DNA of 61,203 nt, counting the filler, from Nemertoderma westbladi (lineage: Eukaryota > Animalia > Xenacoelomorpha): the NCBI GenBank assembly GCA_032718475.1. It is 2 parts of 2 records of this genome, joined end to end, with 100 filler letters (N's around TTAATTAATTAA, not from the genome) between each part and the next. Parts side by side here need not be neighbours in the genome. Positions count along the whole stretch, not along the records: positions 1 to 29,505 come from JAUCBJ010003242.1; 1 more part is not named here. One strand, 5' to 3'. Positions 1-13,000 of the stretch are shown here, piece after piece; position 1 is the first letter of the stretch, and every line of letters starts with the position of its first letter. The position numbers were made by a program, and so were the translations under genes. The notes under the pieces were generated by a model. The model saw only the letters and a program-made list of their open reading frames with translations, was not told the DNA's origin and did no database searches.

Positions 1-359
1 GACATCTCCAAATCTGCTCTATACCTAGCTAGCGTCCCTTCGCCCAACCATATAAATCACACCGCGGCAAAGTATACGAGCCTCTTAGTCCGTCAGTGAG
101 TCAGCCTGATTTTAGGATTCGCTGCGCGGGATTTTGTTTTATCGAAGTTTGTCTGCTCGTAGACTGTTTTCTGCCTCACCGGTTAAAAGAGATCGATACT
201 GCAATATATTCGCTTACTTAGGGTTTACTGTTTTGGTGAGAAGGTCGGATTTATGATTTGATTTACAAACTTTACAGTAGGATATTGCAGGTATTGTTAC
301 CGTCTTTTCCGATAGTAGGAATAGGCGTATCTCTCCAATTTTTATACGTAGTGAGTGTA

Positions 360-860
360 AGTAGGCAGATAGTAAGAGTTAGTAGTAAGAGGGTACGTAG
401 TACCTCTAGTTAGTTAGTAAGAGTTAGTAGTAAGAGGGTACGTAGTACCGTTAGTTAGTTAGTAAGAGTTAGTAGTAAGAGGGTACGTAGTACCGTTAGT
501 TAGTAAGAGTTAGTAGTAAGAGGGTACGTAGTACCGTTAGTTAGTAAGAGTTAGTAGTAAGAGGGTACGTAGTACCGTTAGTTGAGAGAAGTTAGTCAGA
601 GGTTAGTAAGAGGGTATGTAGTACTGTTAGTTGAGAGTTAGTTAGATGTTAGTAAGAGGGTACGTAGTACCGGTTAGTAGAAGTTAGTTAGAGGTTAGTA
701 AGAGGGTACGTAGTACCGTTAGTTGAGAGTTAGTTAGAGGTTAGTAAGAGGGTACGTAGTACCGGTTAGTGGAAGTTAGTTAGAGGTTAGCAAGAGGGTA
801 CGTAGTACTGGCTAGTAGGAGTTAGTTAGAAGTTAGTGGTAGAAGGGTATGTATGGTATA
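360..860 (+). repeat. Minisatellite, about 11 copies of a 41-48 bp unit, inside the LTR-element region
   Basis: AGTAAGAGGGTACGTAGTACCGTTAGTT core repeats visibly; each unit holds the small inverted repeat GGTAC-GTA-GTACC. Confidence 0.9.
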
Positions 861-1320
861 GATATTAGTTAGTAGTGAGTAGCGAGAAGGGGGCACGTGA
901 GTACAGCTGGATAAATTGTGTAGGCCACGCGACACATACTGTTGTACTGCACAAGCCCACAGAGTAGGCCAGAATGCGGATTATAAAGTAGAATAATCCA
1001 CTGGCAGAAGTGGTAGCACAGTAACAGGGTTAGATTAAATATTAAAAATAAAATAGACAAATTAAAATTGAAAATTAGACAAATTATGGTAACAATAGGA
1101 AAAACATTCTGGAACATAATTAAAGTAACGGACAAAATTACAATTTAGGGTACAATTTAGCAGTTTTAGAAATTAAGTAGGGAAAATTAGGCGAAAACTC
1201 GAAGTTAAGTAAGAAATAGACCATTGTTGAACTGTACAGACCATCCTAACTTTATCACTCATCTGTACTGCGCCTTGGCAAGGCACCACCTTACAGGTGA
1301 GCGATTCAGGAGAGTTCGAG

Positions 1321-3239
1321 ATGGCAGGGAAGCTTGTCCGAAAGAGAAAGGCGGAGTTAGGAGGAAAGGAGATACTGGTGGATTTCACCGAGAGGCATCC
1401 GGAAGAGAAGACGAGGGGATACTACGAGTGGTTAGAGAGAGGTCACAAAGCGCGAGCGTAACAGGACCATTTCAGGGAGGTGCACGAACAGCGGCTGGTC
1501 GGGACCTACGGGACGCCGTCGCTGGACAACACGATCTTCGAGCATTTCCACTACGCGCTGAAAGGAGACGTAGCGAAGTTCAGGATTCCGAAGTACGCAA
1601 GAGAGCCACCGAGAAAGGATTGGAAGAGGTTCGTAGAGTCTGTCAGCAGAGGAGGATACATGGTCCTAGACGATGAGGGGACCGTGGAAGACTAGGAGGG
1701 TTCGCTGAAGTGGGGAGCGAGGCCAGGGAAACAAGAGGTGTATCAATTCCGGAGAGGAGCGATAAAGGTATATCAGAAGCGATATATCCTACAGGAGGAC
1801 TGGATAATGATGGGTTTGCTTAACCTATTCATGACCATGGTTATCGAGAGGGAACCAACGGCATTCCTATTATCGGGATCACCCCTAAACTACAGAAGAA
1901 CCTTCAAGACGGCTTTCGAGGGTCTGGTAGACCACCCGGGGCTGAAGGGCGAGTCGGTGTACTATAACTGCCGACATCTGGTAGGCGGGGAGGTAGATAC
2001 ACCATATCAGAGATTGGAGCAGCTAGAGGCGGATAGACGAGAAGCGAAGCGATTGGAAGAAATCGCTAGACAGGAAAGGAGGGAGGCAGAGGAAAGGGAG
2101 GAAGAAGCTAGAGCGCAGAGCTACGGCTTCGAGGAACAGGCGGCCTTAGACGAACTTCGTTGGACGTCATCAGGAAGTTCGGGGGAGTCTCTAGGGCAAG
2201 AATTAGGGCGGACGGTGGGATCACCGAAACAGTCGACATCGGGATTGCAGACGACGCCCATACCAGCGGGCGCCGAGGGCAATCAGCCACTAAGGAGGTT
2301 AGGGGAGCTGGAAGGATGGAAATTTACGGGCGAGAGCCAAGGTGGAAAGGGACACAGCGGGTCCACCGGGATACCGGGGTTGGAGCCACTCCAAGAGGAG
2401 GACGAGGATGACGACGAGTTCGGAGAGATGCCGCCCATCGGGAGGATCGGCCACTCGGACACGGACTGGGTTGGCGGGAGGGTGGTGACGGCCAGTGGGG
2501 TGAGAGCCTTCTGGGATAGACCCGGCAAGCGGGCCTGGGTGCATGAGGAGCCGGCGATGGATTTCGCGGGGAGCACCATCAGGTTGGGTGAGCAACCGGG
2601 GACAGCACCACGGGTAGTATTCGGGGAGACAATGCCCGGGAGGGGCAAGGAGATCGATGTGGACAGGGACGCTAACGTCCAGAAGTTCGCTTACCAGCGA
2701 CTCCATAGACCGCGGAGATCGCTTGGGACAAAAGACGACGTGGGGCGGGAGACATTGGTGCTCGGCTGAGATTACTGTTGGAGACAGACCCACCAGGAAA
2801 GGAGCTGTTTGTACCGGTTCCAGAAAGGGACTAGTTGTCTCTACTGCCGCGAGTCGAGCCACAGGATGGGGGCATGTCCACGGTTGCACAACCGGTGTTC
2901 GAAGTGCAGCTTCCGGGGGCACTACGGACGCCAGTGCGACTGGATGGACGACGAAGAGAAGTTTAGGATCTTCGTGGAGTGGGCCGACATCGGGGCCATG
3001 ACTCGGCAACGTATGAAGGCCCAGGAGTTCCGGTGGGGCTTCTAACGCCACAGAACAGAGGGGAGTTCAGAGATTTCTTGGCGGAGCATGTGCCGCGGGC
3101 GATGAAAGTGATCCTATGGGACGCCACCAGGGGGAGACAACAGGGCCACTCGGAGGGGCCACCCGCGAAGCGATACCGGGAGCTAATAACACCAGCGCCC
3201 AAGGAGTCGACGACCGGGATTAGTAGAGAGGTGACGTGA
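1321..3239 (+). pseudogene. Decayed ORF (~640 codons) with three CCHC zinc knuckles; gag-like or accessory gene of an LTR element
   Basis: One frame runs from ATG 1321 (MAGKLVRKRK) through in-frame stops at 1459 (TAA), 1693 (TAG) and 2767 (TGA), joining track ORFs 1480, 1738 and 2809. Knuckles: *DYCWRQTHQERSC, CLYCRESSHRMGAC, CSKCSFRGHYGRQC. Probable frameshift near 3043 into LTPQNRGEFRDF... Confidence 0.75.
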
Positions 3240-4044
3240 CGGTGAGGGTCAGGGGTCTGAAGGGAGATAAAGTCAAAGGAGCGGCGGCGGCCAGGAAATG
3301 ACCAAGGGAGGAGGACGACAGAGGGAAAGAGTTGAGATGGTTCCCAAAGTCAGGTGGAACGAACTAGAACTTTGATGTGGCATGCCTGGAAGGCACCACG
3401 TGAGACGTGCGAACTCCTAAGTACAAATTCAAATAATTTAAATAATTGAAAAGTGCAATTAGTATGTACGTACGTAACAATCATTAGTTTAGTAAACAAA
3501 TATAATCAAAGTAAGTACTATAGTCATATAACTTTTTCCAATTAGCTACTGGGACTGGAGACCAATAGACTATGATACTATGAATCACAGACGAGACATT
3601 GGACGACATCACACTTCTTGAGTGTGACGGCACAGGAGGGGGGTGAGACTCGTCAGGAGTGAGTGGGCGAGATAGGGGTTGAGTAATAGTGCGGAGAGAG
3701 TGCGGGTGCAATTCAAGTGTGGGGGGGAGAAGCTAGAGGCAGAGTGAGGGACGAGGAGGTCCAAGAGTATGGAAGAGTTAGGGTGAAAGTGGAGCGGAGT
3801 TAGTGGTGAAAGTGTTGGGGAAACAAAAGTTGTGTGAGAGAAGCGCACGATCGGCCCGACACGGGATGCCAGGTGTCTTGGCACAAGATAGATAGAGTTG
3901 TACCAAGACGGGGTAGCGATATCATACCCATAGGGAGCGGCCTGGAAAGCCGGCTCTGAGAAAATAATTCCACCCCACGCCCGATGGTAGATCGGGATCC
4001 AGCGGAATTGTAGCGCACTAGAGGTGGATGCTATCTTCTCACCG

Positions 4045-4074
4045 GAAAGAGAGCATGGGGGGGGGGGGGGGGAG
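4045..4074 (+). other. Polypurine tract (PPT)
   Basis: GAAAGAGAGCAT-G(16)-AG immediately before TGTTAG. Confidence 0.7.
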
Positions 4075-4864
4075 TGTTAGCGAATTCAATTCTGCTAGCC
4101 ACCCCACAAAGTTGGCTTTAAGCAATATTGGGAGCACAAGGTTGATCACCAATCAACCTCGTGTCACCCCAATAAGCGGGGACGACAAACCCTAAAGGAA
4201 CACACAAAGGGGGTCAGAGGTTATACCTCCAAGAGAGAGAGAACAACAGTAGCGGGGGGGAAAACACTCCCAGAGAGATGGGAGGCGAGAAGTGAGTTAT
4301 TAGCCAATGGGGGGCAGGCATCCACTGAGTAATGTAATACGGCCAACCAATGCAATATATTGTCAGTTACTGTGTCATTTATTCACTCAGTTAGTCAGTT
4401 CAGTTAGGGCAGAACGGTAACTCTTGTCACCGTCCTCTGTCGCCATCATTCAACCATCCTACCGGTACTCATTTATTCAGTTATTACAATCACTGTGCTT
4501 ATACTACTACTACTACTAGGTCGAGCGAACTCGGACAGTGGAAATGAGATCCTTCCAGGCTTCCCGATTCTCCATAGTTGTCGCAATTTCGTTTCTCCAA
4601 GTTCAGTATCCCTTTCAAGTTGATCCGTTTCAAGTCTGTGCTTATACTTTATCTTATATATATATATCTATGCATACGACCCAACAACAGAGAGCAACTC
4701 AATAACATCAAAACTCTTTTCACACACACGGCGGGGACGCGTAGACGAGATAACCAAAAACCGGATAAAACGGGATTCTCGGATCCCGTCACAACTTAGT
4801 TCAATGCGGTATTTGATTATCTATTGTATTTAACTGAGATACGATACGGGAGGGTGTGACAACA
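4075..4864 (+). mobile_element. Putative 3' LTR (~790 bp) of a Gypsy-like LTR retrotransposon
   Basis: Starts TGTT directly after the PPT and ends AACA. Contains CCAAT boxes, an AATATAT element and TCAGTT initiator-like repeats. No partner 5' LTR in the window. Confidence 0.65.
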
Positions 4865-5561
4865 AAGTATAACAAGTAAATGACTGACTAATTAACCCTA
4901 TTCCACCTGGGCTCTTTTGTCCGAGATTCCACCTGGGGTTGGGGGCATAATATGCCCAACAGTTTATTATACACTAAAAAGTAATGATAATTTTATCAAA
5001 ACTTTCCAAATTTTCGCAGGTTTATAGAAAAATATATAATGCACCTGTTCTTAGTTTTATATATTCATAATTTAAAATAATATATCCATATAAATTAATT
5101 ATCATGAAGATAACCCATTATAGTAAAAAGATGAGATAATACTATACATACTCCTCCCAACACCACTGTCTGCCTAACTCTGCCAGACATCCCAAGCGAA
5201 AATTAATAGACCATGGAAGAATGTGGATTGTTGACAATTTGATATTTTGGCAGACAGTTCACTAATGTAAGATTCACTAATAGTATAATAACTAATAGCA
5301 GACAATTAGAAACACCCTCAGGGGTGCTGTTATTGAATATATTTATTCACCTCTGTTTATGTCTGCTGTGTTACATTAGGAATATACTGGGTCAATGGTG
5401 GTTGTTGTTTCATCCTAGTAGACTTATTGCTTATCTGTCAGTTTAGTATTTTGTTATTAAAAAATAATGTGATTGATGTGTACTAATCCAAGCAGTAGAC
5501 AATCTCATGTTTAAATTTAACTTCACAACCCAGCCAAATGAATGTCCTGGACCGTAATTGG

Positions 5562-7592
5562 TTGTGGGGCGAGCCACGAAGTTGGCGGAGCCTTAGCGAA
5601 TTGACACTGTTAGGGGGTGGGTCAATTTATGCAAATAGTTGTTGGGGCGAGCCACGAAGTTGGCGGAGCCTTAGCGAATTGACACTGTTAGGGGGTGGGT
5701 CAATTTATGCAAATAGTTGTCGTCGTCGTCGTCGTCGTTGTCGTCGTCGTCGTCGTCGTCGTTGTCGTCGTTACGATTTTGACATGCTAATAACTTTGTC
5801 GAATTTAAAGCTGCCAAGTTGAAAATTTGTAGGTATCAATATGAGCAAAAGTTGAGATTTTTGAGAGACTTTCAGACACCATCAGTGCAATGGTCTCCCG
5901 CTAGAGGGCCACATGTCTAAACATTAAATGCCCTCCCATTTCTTTGCTTTTAATCCGTTTAACCTGAAACTTGGCAGATATGTATTAGACCATTAGCTGT
6001 GACTTTCAAAGGAGGCGAATCCATCTGCAGTTCTCCAGTCTGCCGCTAGAGGGCCAAAGGTCTGAAAGTGAAATCGTTGTCGTCGTTACGATTTTGACAT
6101 GCTAATAACTTTGTCGGATTTAAAGCTGCCAAGTTGAAAATTTGTAGGTATCAATATGAGCAAAAGTTGAGATTTTTGAGAGACTTTCAGACACCATCAG
6201 TGCAATGGTCTCCCGCTAGAGGGCCACATGTCTAAACATTAAATGCCCTCCCATTTCTTTGCTTTTAATCCGTTTAACCTGAAACTTGGCAGATATGTAT
6301 TAGACCATTAGCTGTGACTTTCAAAGGAGGCGAATCCATCTGCAGTTCTCCAGTCTGCCGCTAGAGGGCCAAAGGTCTGAAAGTGAAATCGTTGTCGTCG
6401 TTACGATTTTGACATGCTAATAACTTTGTCGGATTTAAAGCTGCCAAGTTGAAAATTTGTAGGTATCAATATGAGCAAAAGTTGAGATTTTTGAGAGACT
6501 TTCAGACACCATCAGTGCAATGGTCTCCCGCTAGAGGGCCACATGTCTAAACATTAAATGCCCTCCCATTTCTTTGCTTTTAATTCGTTTAAGCTGAAAC
6601 TTCGCAGATATGTATTAGACCATTAGCTGTGACTTTCAAAGGAGGCGAATCCATCTGCAGTTCTCCAGTCTGCCGCTAGAGGGCCAAAGGTCTGAAAGTG
6701 AAATCGTTGTCGTCGTTACGATTTTGACATGCTAATAACTTTGTCGGATTTAAAGCTGCCAAGTTGAAAATTTGTAGGTATCAATATGAGCTAAAGTTGA
6801 GATTTTTGAGAGACTTTCAGACACCATCAGTGCAATGGTCTCCCGCTAGAGGGCCACATGTCTAAACATTAAATGCCCTCCCATTTCTTTGCTTTTAATC
6901 CGTTTAAGCTGAAACTTGGCAGATATGTATTAGACCATTAGCTGTGACTTTCAAAGGAGGCGAATCCATCTGCAGTTCTCCAGTCTGCCGCTAGAGGGCC
7001 AAATGTCTGAAAGTGAAATCGTTGTCGTCGTTATGATATTGACATGCTTATAACTTTGTCGAATTTAAAGCTGCCAAGTTGAAAATTTGTTTTGTTGAAA
7101 ATCAGTTCAACAGTCACCCGCTATAGGACTACTTTATGCCTGAAAGTGAATAGATTCTCCCGTCTCATTGATTGTAATCAGTTTAAGCTGAATCTTGCCA
7201 TATATTCTGGACCACATGCTGCGTCTTTGTGGGGGGGGGGGGGGGGGGGGGGGAGATTTAATCGGTCTGCCGCTATACGACGAAATTTCTGAAAGTGAGA
7301 TCCGTCTCTCATTTCGTTATCAGTTATTCAAGATGAAACTTGGCCGATGTACGTATGTACTATTCATCCATAGGCTGTGTCTTTGTGGGGCTGGAGACCC
7401 TAATCCATCTTCAGTTCTCACTATACCGCTAGAGTCAGAAATGTCTGAATAGAAATGAAAGAGGTAAAAAGTGATTAGGCGAAATCTGCTTAAAATTTGC
7501 TAATACAGTAATACTTTCGAATTAGTACTTAAATTAAATTTAAGTCACGTGCTGCGCGAAGGCCCCACTTCGTGTATTCTAAATACCTTGTT
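5562..7592. mobile_element. Helentron/DINE-like non-autonomous element with central tandem repeats
   Basis: 5' GTGGGGC...CACGAAGT is complementary to 3' GCCCCACTTCGTG. Also a (GTC)n microsatellite at 5720-5770, a T-rich end (CCTTGTT) and a 78-bp duplication at the 5' end. Confidence 0.55.
5761..7090 (+). repeat. 315-bp tandem repeat, about 4.2 copies
   Basis: GTTGTCGTCGTTA starts at 5761, 6076, 6391, 6706 and 7021; units nearly identical. Confidence 0.95.
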
Positions 7593-8449
7593 GACCAGGG
7601 GAACTATCCAACCAGGGATTATCTTTTCTACCAGTTAGGCTAATAAAGATATTATAATAAAAAAATGTGACTATGATATGAAAAACACACCATAGCACAA
7701 AAAGTATAAATGATGAAAAAAATATTTTGTAACCATCAGAAAGCCAATTAAATTCTAGGAAAAGTAAATGAATTTCATAATAATACATAAAAATCATCAT
7801 CATGAATTTCTAAAAATAAAAAGTGTTGGGCAGATTCTGCCCAACCCCAGGTGGAATAGGGTTAATTATGTAAGGACTCAAGTCTGGTGATTGTGTTTCC
7901 CTTTAGGGGAAACGTATTGTGACAAGTCTTCGGGTCTAATTATATTGATATCACTACAGTATTCAATTTGTGACAACTCTCAATCATGATGTAATTAATG
8001 ATAAGAGCCTTGTTTATATTAATGGTCTGAAATATCGCCATATATTAATTATTTAGTAAGTCAGAGGTATGACAATATACAGATCTGATACAATTGTCCA
8101 GATTATCACTGATACTTAGTTACAGCAACCCACCTGTTGTTGCGGGTGTAAAACCTCCTTGATTACGTAATATCGGCGATATATTAAGCAAATAATAAAG
8201 ATAAATTGAATAAACCAGTAGAATATACAATGTAGCGATGAATAATTATATTTCAATTATTAACTCTTTAAGTTTAGACCTTAGGCCTGTAATAACCACC
8301 AGTCAATTAAACTTGACCGGGGATCAGTGCCTCTGCATGGGCAGTGCGACTTCTTCTGTCAAACAATAACAAAAAGAGTAAATTAATCATAGCACAACCG
8401 CACTTATATACTAGATTGCTAGATTACTAGATTGCGGAGGCTGCATTAA

Positions 8450-10031
8450 CCCTATTAGTACCGGGCTATAAAATGTTGTACAAATACCGGGGGGGGGGGG
8501 GGGGGGGGGGGCATATTGACCCCCCTCCCCCCCCTCTAAAATCTACAAATATTTACGAAAACGTCTGATTTTTTGTTTGTACGTAGGTATCACTTGTCTG
8601 GATCCGACCGAAAAAAAGAATTTTCGAAAAAAATGTACTGGGGTGGTTATATTGCAGCACCAAAATTACAAGTAGTGCACAATTTTCACAAAATTTGAAA
8701 GTTACATTTTCGGCTAATTATTTTTCAATACAGGTTTTTTGGGGTGCAAAATACATTGGAAAATATTTAAAAATGATATGATTACAATAAATGGCTGTTT
8801 AGTCCTCTCTGCGTAGGAAAAAAATGAAAAAAACAAGTAACCAGCACTTTTCAGTTTTTTCTTTTCACTTTTCAGTTTTTTAAATTCACTTATACGATGC
8901 TATAAATTCACATTTTCAGGTTTTCGAGGGCGCTGATTCTAATGGAATACATTTCTATTTGCCAGATCATTGCTACTTGCATTTTTCGGCGTAATTTGGC
9001 AAATTTTGTTGCAGCACCAAATTTCGTACCCATCACCAAAAAGTACAAGTTTGCGATGTCCAGTGGTGTTTTTATTGATTCCATCGGATTCAGGACCCTC
9101 ATAAACCCGTAAAACGCAAGAAACAAGGTGATACTATCTACTTATCAATTTGCATATTTTCCAAAATTTGGTGCTGGCACAACAATTTTCACCCACCGGC
9201 GAAAAATACAAGTTTGAGAACTCTTATGAAATTTTTACTGATTCCATTGAATTCAGAACCATCACAAACCCGTATAACGCAAGAAACAAGGTGACACAAT
9301 CAATTGATATATTTGATGGTTTTCAAAATTTGGTGCTAGCACCACATTTTGCACCCACATCCGAAAAATACAAGTTTGAGATGTCTAGTTCGATAATTAT
9401 ATTTTCCATTGAATTCAGAACAGCCATAAACCTCTAAAACGCAAGAAATAAATTGTCACAAGCAATTTTATATATTGAATGGATTTTCAAAATTTCGTGC
9501 TAGCACCAAAATTTGCACACAGCACCGACAAATACAAGTTTGATACGCTTGGTGCAACTCGTATATATTTCATCGAATCTAGAACCCTAAAAAACCCCAA
9601 TTGCGTAAAAAACAAGTTTCAAACAATCAATTTACAAAATTGACTTATTTCAAAATTTGGTGCTGGCACCAAAATTTGGCACCCATCGAAAAAAACAAGT
9701 TTGAAATTTCTAAATCAATTTATATGAATTCCATCCAATTTCTAACACCAAAAAACCGGTGTAAATCAAAAATAGAGATGTTACAATTCATATTTAATGA
9801 AATGTAATTTTCAAAAAACGTCTCAAAAAAAGTGCCAAAAGTAGGGTTAAAAAATGGTGCTATAACTCGAAAAGTACCCAATATTTTTGAAAACGGTTTT
9901 CACTACCATGAAGACAATAGATTTTTAGGAAAAGTCATAAAATTTCAGATTCCCAACTGCGTTTGTTTCAGAATTATAATAAAAAAACCACGGGGGGGGT
10001 CATATTGACCCCCCCCCCGGGTTTAATAGGG
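8450..10031 (+). mobile_element. Non-autonomous piggyBac-type element family B, copy 1 (~1.6 kb)
   Basis: TTAA|CCCTATTAGTACCGGG ... CCCGGGTTTAATAGGG; subterminal G-run/CATATTGA/C-run hairpins; right TSD imperfect; interrupts the first satellite monomer. Confidence 0.9.
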
Positions 10032-13000
10032 TAACGCTCACTGAATAACAATGTAAAAGTTTAATATTGAACATTCCAGATTGCGGAGGCTGCATTAATA
10101 ACGCTCACGTAATATCAATGTAAAAGTTTAACATTGAACAATCCAGATTGCGGAGACTGCATCAATTACTCTCACTGAATAACAATGTAAAAGTTTAATA
10201 TTGAACATTCCAGATTGCGGAGGCTGCATCAATTACTCTCACTGAATAACAATGTAAAAGTTGAATATTGAACATTCCAGATTGAGGAGACTGCATTAAT
10301 AACGCTCACGTAATATCAATGTAAAAGTTTAATATTGAACAATCCAAATTGCGGAGGCTGCATTAATAAAGCTCACTGAATAACAATGTAAAAGTTTAAT
10401 ATTGAACATTCCAGATTGCGGAGGCTGCATTAATAACGCTCACTGAATAACAATGTAAAAGTTTAATATTGAACATTCCAGATTGCGGAGGCTGCATTAA
10501 TAACGCTCACTGAATAACAATGTAAAAGTTTAATATTGAACAATCCAGATTGCGGAGACTGCATCAATTACTCTCACTGAATAACAATGTAAAAGTTTAA
10601 TATTGAACATTCCAGATTGCGGAGGCTGCATTAATGACGCTCACGTAATATCAATGTAAAAGTTTAACATTGAACAATCCAGATTGCGGAGACTGCATCA
10701 ATTACTCTCACTGAATAACAATGTAAAAGTTTAATATTGAACATTTCAGATTGCGGAGGCTGCATTAATAAAGCTCACTGAATAACAATGTAAAAGTTTA
10801 ATATTGAACATTCCAGATTGCGGAGGCTGCATTAATAACGCTCACGTAATATCAATGTAAAAGTTTAATATTGAACAATCCAGATTGCGGAGGCTGCATT
10901 TAACGCTCACTGAATAACAATGTAAATGTTTAATATTGAACATTCCAGATTGCGGAGGCTGCATTAATAACGCTCACGTAATATCAATGTAAAAGTTTAA
11001 TATTGAACATTCCAGATTGCGGAGGCTGCATTAATTACTCTCACTGAATAACAATGTAAAAGTTTAATATTGAACATTCCAGATTGCAGAGGCTGCATTA
11101 ATAAAGCTCACTGAATAACAATGTAAAAGTTTAATATTGAACATTCCAGATTGCGGAGGCTGCATTAATAAAGCTCACTGAATAACAATGTAAAAGTTTA
11201 ATATTGAACATTCCAGATTGCGAAGTCTTCATTAATAACGCTCACTGAATAACAATGTAAAAGTTTAATATTGAACATTCCAGATTGCGGAGACTGCATT
11301 AATAACGCTCACGTAATATCAATGTAAAAGTTTAATATTGAACAATCCAGATTGCGGAGGCTGCATTTAACGCTCACTGAATAACAATGTAAAAGTTTAA
11401 TATTGAACATTCCAGATTGCGGAGGCTGCATTAATAAAGCTCACTGAATAACAATGTAAAAGTTTAATATTGAACATTCCAGATTGCGAAGTCTTCATTA
11501 ATAACGCTCACTGAATAACAATGTAAATGTTTAATATTGAACATTCCAGATTGCGGAGGCTGCATTAATAAAGCTCACTGAATAACATTGTAAAAGTTGA
11601 ATATTGAACATTCCAGATTGCGGAGGCTGCATTTAACGCTCACTGAATAACAATGTAAAAGTTTAATATTGAACATTCCAGAATGTGGAGGCTGCCTTAA
11701 TAACACTCACGGACTAACAATGTAAAAGATTAATATTGAACATTCCAGATTGCGGAGGCTGCATCAATTACTCTCACTGAATAACAATGTAAAAGTTTAA
11801 TATTGAACATTCCCGATTGAGGAGGCTGCATCAATTACTCTCACTGAATAACAATGTAAAAGTTTAATATTGAACATTCCCGATTGAGGAGGCTGCATCA
11901 ATTACTCTCACTGAATAACAATGTAAAAGTTTAATATTGAACATTCCAGATTGCGGAGGCTGCATTAATAACGCTCACTGAATAACAATGTAAAAGTTTA
12001 ATATTGAACATTCCAGATTGCGGAGACTGCATTAATAAAGCTCACTGAATAACAATGTAAAAGTTTAATATTGAACATTCCAGATTGCAGAGGCTGCATT
12101 TAACGCTCACTGAATAACAATGTAAAAGTTTAATATTGAACATTCCAGAATGTGGAGGCTGCCTTAATAACACTCACGGACTAACAATGTAAAAGATTAA
12201 TATTGAACATTCCAGATTGCGGAGGCTGCATTAATTACTCTCACTGAATAACAATGTAAAAGTTTAATATTGAACATTCCAGATTGCGGAGGCTGCATCA
12301 ATTACTCTCACTGAATAACAATGTCAAAGTTTAATATTGAACAATCCAGATTGCGGAGACTGCATCAATTACTCTCACTGAATAACAATGTACAAGTTTA
12401 ATATTGAACATTCCAGATTGCGGAGGCTGCATTAATAACGCTCACGTAATAACAATGTAAAAGTTTAATATTGAACATTCCAGAATGTGGAGGCTGCCTT
12501 AATAACACTCACGGACTAACAATGTAAAAGATTAATATTGAACATTCCAGATTGCGGAGGCTGCATCAATTACTCTCACTGAATAACAATGTAAAAGTTT
12601 AATATTGAACATTCCAGATTGCGGAGGCTGCATCAATTACTCTCACTGAATAACAATGTAAAAGTTGAATATTGAACATTCCAGATTGCGGAGACTGCAT
12701 TAATAATGCTCACGTAATATCAATGTAAAAGTTTAATATTGAACAATCCAAATTGTGGAGGCTGCATTAATAAAGCTCACTGAATAACAATGTAAAAGTT
12801 GAATATTGAACATTCCAGATTGCGGAGTCTTCATTAATAACGCTCACTGAATAACAATGTAAAAGTTTAATATTGAACAATCCAAATTGCGGAGGCTGCA
12901 TTAATAAAGCTCACTGAATAACAATGTAAAAGTTGAATATTGAACATTCCAGATTGCGGAGTCTTCATTAATAACGCTCACTGAATAACAATGTAAAAGT

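Larger units (their letters stand above)
4896..7861. mobile_element. Non-autonomous piggyBac-type element (family A) carrying a nested insertion
   Basis: TTAA|CCCTATTCCACCTGGG ... CCCAGGTGGAATAGGG|TTAA: perfect TIRs and TTAA TSD. Confidence 0.9.

Noticed and set aside
2767-2769. TGA at the first Cys of a zinc knuckle, read as selenocysteine or readthrough
   Set aside because: The same frame also has TAA, TAG and a frameshift, so decay from TGY to TGA is simpler; no SECIS identified.
2283-3051. Antisense ORFs of 121 and 250 aa
   Set aside because: Shadows of the GC-rich sense ORF.
9150-9437. Recurrent ORF in the piggyBac family-B copies (also 25623, 32564, 38888)
   Set aside because: No transposase motif; explained by internal subrepeats and recent copying.
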